DNA from: Macrostomum lignano
Taxonomy: Eukaryota
DNA: 64,000 bases
Direction: 5' to 3'
Assembly (NCBI GenBank): GCA_002269645.1
Contig: NIVC01002286.1
Location: forward strand, 62,001 to 126,000
The translations under genes were made by a program, and so were the position numbers. Positions 12,212 to 23,800 of the stretch are shown here, piece after piece; position 1 is the stretch's first letter, and the number at the start of each line of letters is the position of its first letter. A model generated the notes under the pieces. It saw only the letters and a list, made by a program, of their open reading frames with translations. It did no database searches and was not told the origin of the DNA.

Positions 12212-14350
12212 GCTCCTGTCGCAGACGAAAGTTTGATGATCGATTTGAGCTCTGACTCTGAATTACTCCGATCAGCGTTGTGTTCCGGAACAGTTTTATC
12301 TACTTTTGATTAATTTTTATTTTTGTATGCGTCTGTAAATGCAATCGATATTCAAGTACATGTACATGTATGGTAGCCTTGTACACATTTAGCTGAATGT
12401 ATACTTAACTTGCGTGAGATGATAATAAAAAAGGAGCTAGCTTCTCTAGCTGCCCTCCAAAGTAGCATTCTATTATTTTATATATAGAAAACTATAATAA
12501 TTTTATAAGTAGTAATTGGTTTTTGTCACATTTCTAGTCATAATTTTTTTACAAAAGATTTGTAAAACGTATGAAGTTTAAGTTTCAATACCTGAAGTCC
12601 ATGTGTTGGATTATTTCAGAGGTTGTCCACGAGTTTCAAGCTGTCTAGCTCCGGAAAGACTAGCAAGTTATAACAATTTTTTTTTCTTCTTTTGATTAGG
12701 TCCTACAATTGAGAAAAATTATTTTTTAAAGTCAATGATTAAAGCACAGTTGTGCTTTTTTTACGCATTCACGTGGTTGTCGAAAATAGTACTTTTGTTT
12801 AAAATTTAAAATTTAGACATGGGATGCTGGATCCTGGCTTCATCATGATCGATGATCACTATCACTTCAAACTAAACTAAAGTTCAGCATGGGTATTTCG
12901 TATTAGCATCCGAGGACCGAGGCTAATTAAGTGCATTGTTGTATGTATATTTTTTAGATTGTGGTAGGATCTAGGCCTATGCATATGCAGTATATGTGGT
13001 AAACTTCTGTTCTGCGTTTATGAAGTATAATAATAAAAAAAGGATTTATTGGAAGGGCTGTGTCTTACTTACAACTAAGAAGATCATCTTGGTTTATTTA
13101 TTTAATGGAATAACCAAGGGACAAGGGTGACAAAACCCGACTTTGTTAGAAATCTTTACATTGTTTATTATTGCATACTAAATGCTTAATGCTTATTTTC
13201 TTAATATTATATTTGTGCACTTATGTTTTACAAAAAATTGATGTATCCATTAAAAACTTATTTCACTTCATATGCTTAATCATGTTTTGCAACAGGCGGT
13301 AGGAAAGAATTTAGATTTTTTAAAAAATACTTGAATCACTATATTTAAAGTAGTCAATTTTTTCTAATTTTAATATTACTATTTTGGGTAGTATATTTGA
13401 ATTTTAATAGGGCCTAGCTGTCTAGCATAATAAAGGGATATCAAATCAGTCTATCATTGGCTAATACCCTAAATTTTAGGACTAGAATCTTTTTCAACTT
13501 TCATTAATCAGTAAGAGTTTTGCCATAACCAATTTTTTGTTGTATCTATATTTGTAGCCATATTTTTAATTTTTCCCATATCCTATTTGTTTTCTGTATC
13601 TATAGTTGTATCTCCAATTTTTCCTATATCCTATCTGTATCCCTATATGTATCTATAGCTAATTAGTTTCTCATAACTTTTTAAAACTTTTAATGATATT
13701 TAAGCCAATTGCAACAAATAGAAACAGTTTCACTTAACCTATTTAGTATTAATCATTACTAATTTCTAATTTCTTATTGTATAAAAACTATTATATTGTT
13801 TTGAAACAGACTTTTCAAAACTTCCAATGTGACTAAGCTTTGTTTACAAATGTCATATATTTTTAGAAAGTTATTTTATTTGTATTCATATGTGTTTTTG
13901 GAACTTTTTCCCATGCAAGTATAAATATACAACTTCCCCCTGTTTATTCAAGTTTTATTTGATATTCCTGGTGTCTAGCATGCTGCTATACTACTAGGCA
14001 GTCTAGCCACTCAGCTTGCTAGGCTATTCAGTTGGTCTATAATACAAGTGTACTACATTTTTTGTCTATTTTAAGATCCTAGTTTTCTTCCTTACTTATT
14101 TGCATAGGAATATAGCAAAACTATATATAGTTTATAATAAAACAAAAAAATTCAATTTAAGTAAAAAGGTTTTTATTTTTATAAAAATGCACAAAAAAGG
14201 AATAAAAAATATAAAACACAAAAAGACATTTATGATATACAATAGCATATATATGCAATTTAACAAAAATTATCTATATTAAACTATAATTCAAATGTTA
14301 GATTAAATTAAACCCAAATTCTGCTCAATGAATAGCAGTTTGTCAGCTGA

Positions 14351-14533
14351 CTATAGAGCTAGCCTGCTACACTGTAGTGTGACAAAACTGCTTGCTACAC
14401 TAAAGAGCCACTCAGCATTAGCACTAGATAGTAAAGTATAAAAGTACCATTGAGCAAGCAGCCTTAGCAACAGCTGGGAATTTGGCTTGGCCAATTTTTG
14501 CCCAATACTGCAATGTAGCCATAGTTTGTGCAA
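14351..14533 (-). pseudogene. Degenerate hAT transposase C-terminal dimerisation-domain remnant
   Basis: LAQWYFYTLLSSANAEWLFSVASSFVTLQCSRL resembles the hATC motif LA..YL..PASSA..ERLFS.AG..VT..R.RL. It sits in an AT-rich tract with no intact transposase. Confidence 0.55.
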
Positions 14534-14801
14534 TTATTATTAAGTTGTGTGCCAGAACTAAATTTTGTATGCAATTGAAGGAGTGACTATTTTTTATGCA
14601 TTGGTTTTTAGCTTGTTAGCTTGTGATTCAGTAAATGACTGTAGACTTTTAGACATGGAAGCCACAATTTTAGACTTTATTAGATTATGAATTTTTATAT
14701 GTGTATTACTAAATCAGGACAAGCTTGGTTGTCATAAATATATTAATATCTTTGATCAAGGCTGCCTATGTTTTATTTCAGGCCTGTACCTAGCAACGAG
14801 T

Positions 14802-17800
14802 ATGGTCATATGTAATGGTGGTGGAACCCTACAAAAACATATCATTGGGAAAAACATTTCAGCTCTGAAGCAATGCCTTATAAAAGGTAACATTTGCATT
14901 CTGTTCAAAGTTACATAATACCATGTGAAATTATTGATGTGCTTATTTGTTTACTTTTAGGCCTGCACCCGAATGCAGAAAATGAGAATGGAGAAACGGC
15001 ACTGTTTGTTGCATCCTACTATGGACATGAGGACATTGTTGACCTATTGCTATGTAGTGGAGCTAAGCCTAACCTGTAAGCTATAGTCAACTCTGAAGCT
15101 ATTATGTTTTTAAATCTGCTTGTGAAGTGAAATACAATGTCAGATGAAGTATGTTGGGATAGAAAAAGTTGAAAAAAGGATAGCAAAAGGATATTCATCA
15201 TCATCAGGTCCCTAAGCCATTATGGCCGTTGGTGCGCCCATTTCTCGACAGCGACTCCACCTCCTTCGATCCAAGACCGTCTTGCTCAGCTGCATAATCC
15301 TCTCTCCACTCTACTTGATTGCCTGTCCAGTCACCTTGTGCCTCTGCAGCGACTCCACCTCCTTCGATCCAAGACCGTCTTGCTCAGCTGCATAATCCTC
15401 TCTCCACTCTACTTGATTGCCTGTCCAGTCACCTTGTGCCTCTGCAGCGACTCCACCTCCTTCGATCCAAGACCGTCTTGCTCAGCTGCATAATCCTCTC
15501 TCCACTCTACTTGATTGCCTGTCCAGTCACCTTGTGCCTCTGCCCCTTCGTCCCTCAACATCACCTTGAACCACAGCCTTCAGCACCCCATCACTTGCAA
15601 CATTCCCGAAGAAACGGAGTCTTCTTATCCTTCCAGGAAATGCCCAGCATCCTTCTGTAGATCTTCATCTCGAAAGCTCTCGTAATTTTCATCTTTCTTC
15701 TCCATTATCCAGCTCTCTCTGGCATAGAGAAGAGTTGCCATGACTACCAATCTCATCGGCAGCATTTTACTTTCCATTTGGGTGTTTTTTGCTCTCCAGA
15801 TGTTGTCCAATTTCTCTAGCGCAATTTTAGCTCTTCCTATCCGTATCCAAATCTCCATGTTCTCCATGTTTTCAGCTAAAAGTTGAAACTGCAGCTGAGA
15901 AGTTCGCTAAAATTAAAAATGGAGCTGCTTAATAAAACCATTGGTTGTAGAGGTGGAGCTGCTGATACGAGACAGGCTGAGAGTCCAGAGCCGGCTGGAG
16001 CTGCTGATACTAGACAGGCTGAGAGATACGCTGGGCACTGTACATTGCACCCCTCTCCCCTGCAGCCAATCAGAAGCCGAGAGAGCCAACTGTGGCCAGT
16101 CAGTCAGATATTGAGCCTAAAGGCCCATGCCCATGGAAAATTTCAGGCCCCTGCAGTCAGTCAGTTAAAATCATCATTTGCGCGCTTAATCCCGTCAGTA
16201 CAAAAGCAGCTGCGCGATTGTTCCAAGTCATGGGAAAACTCGTGCGCGATTTTTCCTGTATCGATCAAAAATACTGCGCGCTTATTCCGGTCTGTGGAAA
16301 GTTAACTGCGCGCTTATTCAGGTTTTGGTCCGTTCTCCTGCGCGCTTATTCCGAACCATGTAAAATATGTGCGAAAATGCGCGCTTGTTCCTGGCGCGCT
16401 TAATCTAGCTACCCTCTAACACAGGATATCAGGGAGAATTTAATTTTTTTAACGTAATTTTTGTACATGCAATGCCTTCTAATTCAAATAATTCAAAAGT
16501 CCGAACAAGCAGGGCAACACGCCGTTGCACGCGGCAGCCAGCCGCGGCCACCACCGAGTGATGAGTCGCCTGATCTCCTCCGGCGCCGACCTCAGCCTGG
16601 TCAACTCCGACGGCAAACGGGTCGCCGATGTCGCTCGCGGCAGACGGGCGATCGATATTGTTGAAAGGAAATGGGCCACCTTCCAGCGGCTCATCAACTG
16701 CGGCCATCTGCGGCCCGGCCGCGAGCACTGGCCTCCCGGCGTGATGGACACCGGCTTCGGGCCCGTGGTCATCGCCGACGGCTCGCCGGCCCTGCTGCAC
16801 GGCCTGCCAATCGTCAATGCAGCCACCGACGAGCTGCGGGACGACCCAGCGCTGGTCCGGTCCTACAGGTGCGGGGCCTTCACTGAGATTGTCAGGTAGG
16901 TTGGCCAACTTGACACTCTGAGCTGCTTGTACCGCGTGTATCAACGGTGTGAGAGTACAGTGTTGGCTTGCATGTTCGATTGCTTTTTGTGAGGCTCACA
17001 AGTGCGTACAACTCGCTGCACATCACCTTCTCGGTGTTCACGGTCTCTTGATTGATCGCCCTGTGCCAAGTGGCACCATCGTGAATAGTGAATGCTAAGA
17101 AATAATCATTAACCGTATCCTCCAGTAAAATGTTACTGTGTCAAGAATCGCTAAAGAGTCATTGCAAACACATTTGTAGTGACTCTATCTAGTCTAATTC
17201 GGCTCTTGTGACTTTTAACAACTCAAAACGATTGTAATGCGACAGAGAGGCGACTGTTGAGTCACGAGCGCATCACGTGAGTCGTAGAATATTAAGAGTC
17301 GCAAGTCGTCCGTTGTTAAACGGGGGTGGAAAGCCAGGGGCTTACCGCGGATCAGCCCGAAAGGGGGCTCTACCGCAGGGATCTGAAAGGGCCATACTGC
17401 CAGGGGCATGTAGCCCGAGAGGCCACAATTGGGACCAGAGCTCAGGACTCTGGTGAGAGCCTAGTGAATTGGTGCTACTAGCCCAAACCTACGGTACAAG
17501 ACACCGCCAACCCAAAAAGTGGAATCAGGGACGGTGCTAGGACCGAGTCCACCCAGGCCACCACCCAGCAGACAAGTCCTTGGGAGTGCGCAGAAAAAAA
17601 TGGAATTAGCGAAAAAAGCTTGGGTTACTACTAAAAGCGGTCCGAGAGCGGGGAAACCCCGAGGTCTACGGAAATGTCTTAATTATTGGAGCGAGTCTGG
17701 AAGGCTTGTTTCCGATGGCGAGACTCCAGGCAGGAAACACAACTACCGGCTACAAACCCAAGGGTATCGCCTATCCAGCTCAATATTGGACGCCAGGCCA

Positions 17801-20800
17801 AGGGGTCGGGAAGGGGCACAATGAGCAAGAGGACCCGGACTCAGCCGGTATCCCCGAATCGGGCGAACTCATTCCCCAGGACACCAATCCACTGTCAGGA
17901 TGAGAGCCAGCGACACTTAGGCAGGGAGACAACCAGAGGAGCCAGCAGATGGACCAAGGACAGCGCAGGATGGACCGGGCAGGGAGGGCAGAGCGGAAAT
18001 CTAAGGCCTTACATTAATAAAACCAGTTCAGTAATGGGGATAAAAACAGGACGGAGGAGCACCTGAACCCTACTAGCAGGTGGAGGGACCCTGCTTCCCG
18101 GGGCTCAGCCTCAGGGCTGGCATCAACTGGGCTCTACCGTACACCTTCGTGAATGGTCATTCTTTCCTGCAGGGCGGGTACGACCGGGGGGCTCAAGTCC
18201 CGTTCTAGCCACACTGCAGTCCAGAGTACACACTCACCCCAGGTACACCCCCCTAAACCAAGGCCGAGGGCCAAATAATTGGAATGCACGAAAAAGAATG
18301 GTTGGGGTTATTTTTAGAATGGGCACAGCTCCTCCGGGGTGGACCCTTAGAAATTGGGCTAGCCGAAGCCAGGCCAATCGGATTGCGCACAACCCTTAGA
18401 CAAGCTACCAGAGAGGCAGCCAGGGTAAAAACAGTCAGAGACCGTCTTTACGGCAAAATGCAATTCTTTAGACAAATCTGTGTAGGGCTTGTCTCGAAAG
18501 TGCTTTAAAACGCAAAATTTAACGTCAAATTTAAATTATTATTTACTACTTAATTCAAAATTCAGTCAGTAGTATCAATAGATCATCAGTATTATTCCCC
18601 TTAATTGTCTATTCTTCAATCGGTAAAATTTACCATCATAACAGCATGACCTGGCGCAGCTCCGCGGTGTCCGTGCGCCAGCTCAACCGTCACTACGTTA
18701 CCAAGGCAACTGGTGCTTACGTGAAGTGTCTTGTGCTCAATCAGGCTGTCTGGGAGGTGACCGCGGCCAGCTCGCTACGGCATCCCGCCATCCTCACCAT
18801 GATGGCAGTGAGCGTCGACACACACTCTGTTCACGCTTACCCCATTATCACGCCTGTGAGTCTTTGTTCCTTTTATTTTATGGTAAACTTGGTAAGATTG
18901 TAGAGTTGTGAGACTGATAATTGTCACTTTCCATTGTCAGATAGTTCACATTTAGGCCTGTTGGCTTTGTTAGACTGTTCGCATCGTCAGACTGTTTACA
19001 TTTTCAGGCTGCTCACATTGTCGGTCTATTCACATTGTCATACTGCTCACATTGTCATACTGCTCACATTGTCATACTGCTCACATTGTCAGACTGTTCA
19101 CATTGTCAGACTATTCACATTGTCAGGCTATTCACATTGTCATACTGCTCACATTGTCAGACTGTTCACATTGTCATACTGCTCACATTTTCAGACTGTT
19201 CACATTGTCATACTGCTCACATTTTCAGACTGTTCACATTGTCATACTGCTCACATTTTCAGACTGTTCACATTGTCATACTGCTCACATTTTCAGACTA
19301 TTCACATTGTCATACTGCTCACATTGTCAGACTGTTTATACAAACTGAATGCCAATGTCAGCAACTGTCAGACACTCCTATCCCAACTCCCAATCCTGGC
19401 GCCTCAGATATTCGAGCGAGTTGGCCTGGGCTCGCTGTTCCACCACCTGCACGTGCGCCACCAGCCTCTCAACGATGCGACCCGGTACGCCTACCTGCGC
19501 CAGATTGGCGAGGCCCTCGCCTTCCTGCACTCGCGTGGCGTTGTCCACACAGCGCTCAGCTCACACGCTGTGCACCTGGTGTCGCCCAGCCTGGCCAAGC
19601 TCGGCTGCCTGGAATACGCCGTCTGCACAGCCGACACCGGGCCGAGGTGCTCCTACGCCTCGCTGAATGATTGCTACCGGGCCGTGGCCAACTGGCTGGC
19701 TCCGGAGCTGCTCAACCGGCTGCCAGCCACGGCCGCTGCCGACGTCTACGGGCTGGGCGTTGTGGCCTGGGAGATGTGGACTGCCCAGGTAAGGATTTGC
19801 TGGTGTACTAGATTAGCTTTTGAATGCTTTTGTTTCAATTTGGCAATCCTGAACTTCAAAATGGCTCTTAAAATTTCCTCCTTTGCAGGTGCCGCACGAG
19901 ACCGCCCAATCGGCAGCCGACATTCGGCGTCGTCTCAGTCAGCGCAGCTCGGACTGGCTGAGCCGCTGGCGCGATCGCCGCCTGCCGGAGTCGCTGCAGC
20001 AGCTGGTGCTGTCGGCCGTGCTGCCGGAGCCGCACAGGAGGCCCCCGTTGGACACTGTCTGCCGATTGCTGGTCTACGGCTACTGGGGAGCGCAGCGCGA
20101 CGGCGACGATCGATTTGGTGACAATCTGGCGCGTCGGGTTCGACGAAGTTCGCCAGCTGCTTGCGCTGCTGCGGCCGCTGAAGGTGAGCAATCTGGTTGC
20201 GAGTGAGGAGCCAAGTGATTTGTTATTTTGCACTGCTGCAAACCAACAGTGCCAACAGTGGACTCGAGTAGACTAAATAGAGTCGAACTGCGATTCTAAC
20301 TAACTCATTGTCGCGTCGTTTAAGAGTTCACCTGAATAGCACGATGATTTGGTAGAATCAACGATGTCTCAGTTTCGATATATTATTCATAAACGATGCT
20401 AACAGAAACGATGCACAATATATAATATTAACGCATTGGAGTGGCGGGGCATACGGGCGCGAAATGGGGTGGTGGGCACACAAGATGTACAGTCAATAAT
20501 TCAATAGTCATTTAGTTAGTCATTCAGTTACAAGTGCAGCGGCAGACTCCAGCGCTGCCTCATTCATAAAGCGACGCATGTGCACTTTAGATTCTAGACT
20601 CTACGGCCCCCGAGTCATTATAGATCGAAGCGCTCCAGGGTCACTTGCGTTGCCTCAGAGTTGCAAACAATAAAACGCCTCAAATTGACTCTTAGGCGAC
20701 TAACGACTTTTTGGCGACTTTTATCATGACTCGTCGTTTAAGGGTCGTCTAGAGTCACTTCTTTCTGATTTTACCTGTGTTACCTGCAATAACTCTGGGA

Positions 20801-23800
20801 CGCTTCTTAGCCTAGTTGCCGGTTTCATCGGTAAGCACCGACAGCTCAGAAGCAATTTTCTAATTTCCTTTTTTATGTTTCCATTTCAAAGATATTTTCA
20901 TTTGATCTAGAACAAAATCGATAGCTTTGATATTAGAATGTAGAGAAATCGCACATGGTTTCCAATTAAACTCCATCCGGACACAAAACAAAAATATACA
21001 TGCTAAACTGGATAAGAGTGCATAAGCAGTCACGTGACCTCTATTTTAAAGTAGCCGCCTTTTCACCTGACTTAAAATGATCCCTCATGACCTTTGACCT
21101 TTGCCCGATCGACCCCACCGCAGCATCAACATCGGCAGGCGCTCGCAGTCACCGACAGCGCAGTAACAGCCGGTCACAGCGGCGGCAGCAGCCTAATCGA
21201 GTCTCGCAGGACCTGACTAACGTCTCTAGCTTGGCCACCGAGATTCTGATGGCCTCCGACAATGAGGATGAACAATCTGACGAAAGCGACGGGGAAGCGG
21301 CTGGAGCAGCAGCCGCGTCGCCTCATGGCCGGCAGCGGCATCACCTTAGCCGGCGCGACTACTTGGAACTGGCGGCCGTACCGCCTCCCGACAGGCGCAG
21401 CTGGTCGCCGGGCGGGCGGTCCCGGTCTCCTAGCAACGGCAACTGGGCCGGCCGGCGCGGCTGCCGCCGGCGTCACCACAGCTGCTCCAGCGCCTCGGCT
21501 GTCGGCGACGGCGCCGGGTTCAAGCCGGCCGGCCACCGGACCAGCTTCGATCCGCCCTGTGCCGAGAGGTGCTCCGAGTCGCCGGACCTGATCCGGGCGG
21601 CCAGCAGCGGCGGCTTCTCCAGCGTTGCAGCCGACTGCAGGCGGCGACGTCAGCCCAGGGCCGCCTCCGCAGACAGCGGCCGGCCGCCGTTGCCGCCGAC
21701 TGCCAGGACCATCGTAAGTTGGAGACGTCTAAGCTTTCGATGTATTCAATTTGTGACCTGTGGTGTGCGCTAATTTCTACGGCTGCTCATAATGTACATG
21801 TAGACCGGCTGCTCACACATGTAGACCGGCTGCTCACACATGTAGACCGGCTGCTCAGTCATGTAGACCGGCTGCTCAGTCATGTAGACCGGCTGCTCAT
21901 ACATGTAGACCGGCTGCTCATACATGTAGACCGGCTGCTCACACATGTAGACCGGCTGCTCACACGTGTAGACCGGCTGCTCACACATGTAGACCGGCTG
22001 CTCAGTCATGTAGACCGGCTGCTCATACATGTAGACCGGCTGCTCATACATGTAGACCGGCTGCTCATACATGTGGACCGGCTGCTCACACATGTAGACC
22101 GGCTGCTCATACATGTAGACCGGCTGCTCAGTCATGTAGACCGGCTGCTCATACATGTAGACCGGCTGCTCATACATGTGGACCGGCTGCTCATACATGT
22201 GGACCGGCTGCTCACACATGTAGACCGGCTGCTCACACATGCAGATCAGCGGCACAAAAGACTGGCTGCTCCTCTTTCGCTGGCCTCATCTGGGGGAGAA
22301 AACAGATGGAGGCCAACCTAGCATGGACGACACGCAAACTCGGGTTGGGGAAGTATTAAAACAGGATCCAATGAGACAGCCTTAAGTAACATATAAGTCC
22401 ATGGTAACTCCAAATACATGTCAAGTAGAATATGCGTACATTATTATTCCCAACTTGAGCATTCTCTTATTTATATTCTCCCAGACGGCGCAGCGAACCC
22501 TTTGCCGCAGCAGGCCCAGCTTCTCCGCGTCGGCCTCGCCGCTCTGTCAACCGGCTTATTAACCAATTCGAGCACATCGCCGACTCCGGTCACGTCAGCG
22601 CCGCCTCCTCCGTGGCCGCCACTGCCGGAGTCTTGGACAGCACGCCGGTGAAGGCCAGGCCCGGGGACCCGGTGCCGACCACCTGCCGGGTGTTGCTGCC
22701 CAACTCGCAGTCGGCTCGGCGGGCGCTCAATCTTGGTGAGAGACTTGGCGGTAGATTGCTGTTGATTCACAGGTGTACTGCTGTTGATTGACAGGTGTAC
22801 TGCTGTTGATTCACAGGTGTACTGCTGTTGATTGACAGGTGTACTGCTGTTGATTGACAGGCATACTGCTGTTGATTGACAGGTATATTGTTGTTAATTA
22901 ACAGGTATATTGCTGTTGATTGACAGATATATTGCTGTTAATTACATATTGCTGTTGATTGACAGGTATATTGCTGTTGATTGACAGGTGTATTGCTGTT
23001 GATTGACAGGTGTATTGCTGTTGATTGAGAGGTGATCTTGCTGGTGATTGACAGGTATATTGCTGTTGATTGACAGGTATATTTTCGTTGATTAGCAGGA
23101 TATTGCTGGTAATTGACAGGTATTCTGCTGTTGAAAAGAATAGGAACACGTCTTGCTGTTGATGGACATGCAGTTTAGTTGAAGGCATCCGTATTATTCA
23201 TAAATATTTCCCCAACTTTCGCACCGCAGACGGTCGCGGCAACCGGCCAACAGCTGTTGACGCCGAGCTGGTGTCCCCCAGCGCAGACAGCCGGGGTGGC
23301 CACCAGTGGCAGCCGACTGACTCAGTTCGGGAGCAGCTCAACACCGCTTTCATAGCCAGCAGCACCAGCAGCTGCACCGGCAGCAGCAGCGAGAGTCAGC
23401 AACGGCAGCAGAGAACCGCACCGGCTATGCTTCACCCCTTGGAGAACGGCCTGTACCGCATGGTGTTTCTGCAGCCTCCGATAGAGTCCCAGCATCATCA
23501 TGAGCACCATCCTCATCACCATCATCACAGTCAGCACCAGCAGCCGCAGCGGCACGTCGCTTTTCTTCGCCAACCCCAGCCGACGTCGAACACGAAATCG
23601 CCTACTCCGCCGATTTCTCCGGTCGTCGAATCTTCGCCGATCGCATTCGGGCAGGCCAGGCGCTCCTGGCTGGCGGCGGAGACTCGCCGGGAGGCTCGCC
23701 AGGTGCAAGAACGCGAATGGGAGGCGGCCAGGTGGCGTAACAGGCGCAGCGCGCTCGGCGACAGCGGCGTCGGCCTGTCGGAGGTCGAGCCGACAATGTC

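Noticed and set aside
15950-16425. Short duplications and repeated GCGCGCTT(A) motifs in intron 2 of the TEX14-like gene
   Set aside because: Probably an old TE remnant, but I could not define termini, a TSD or a second copy in the window.
18040-18120. Possible HDV-like ribozyme in the GC-rich insert
   Set aside because: Only a simple hairpin could be paired; the P1/P2/P3/P1.1 nested pseudoknot could not be built.
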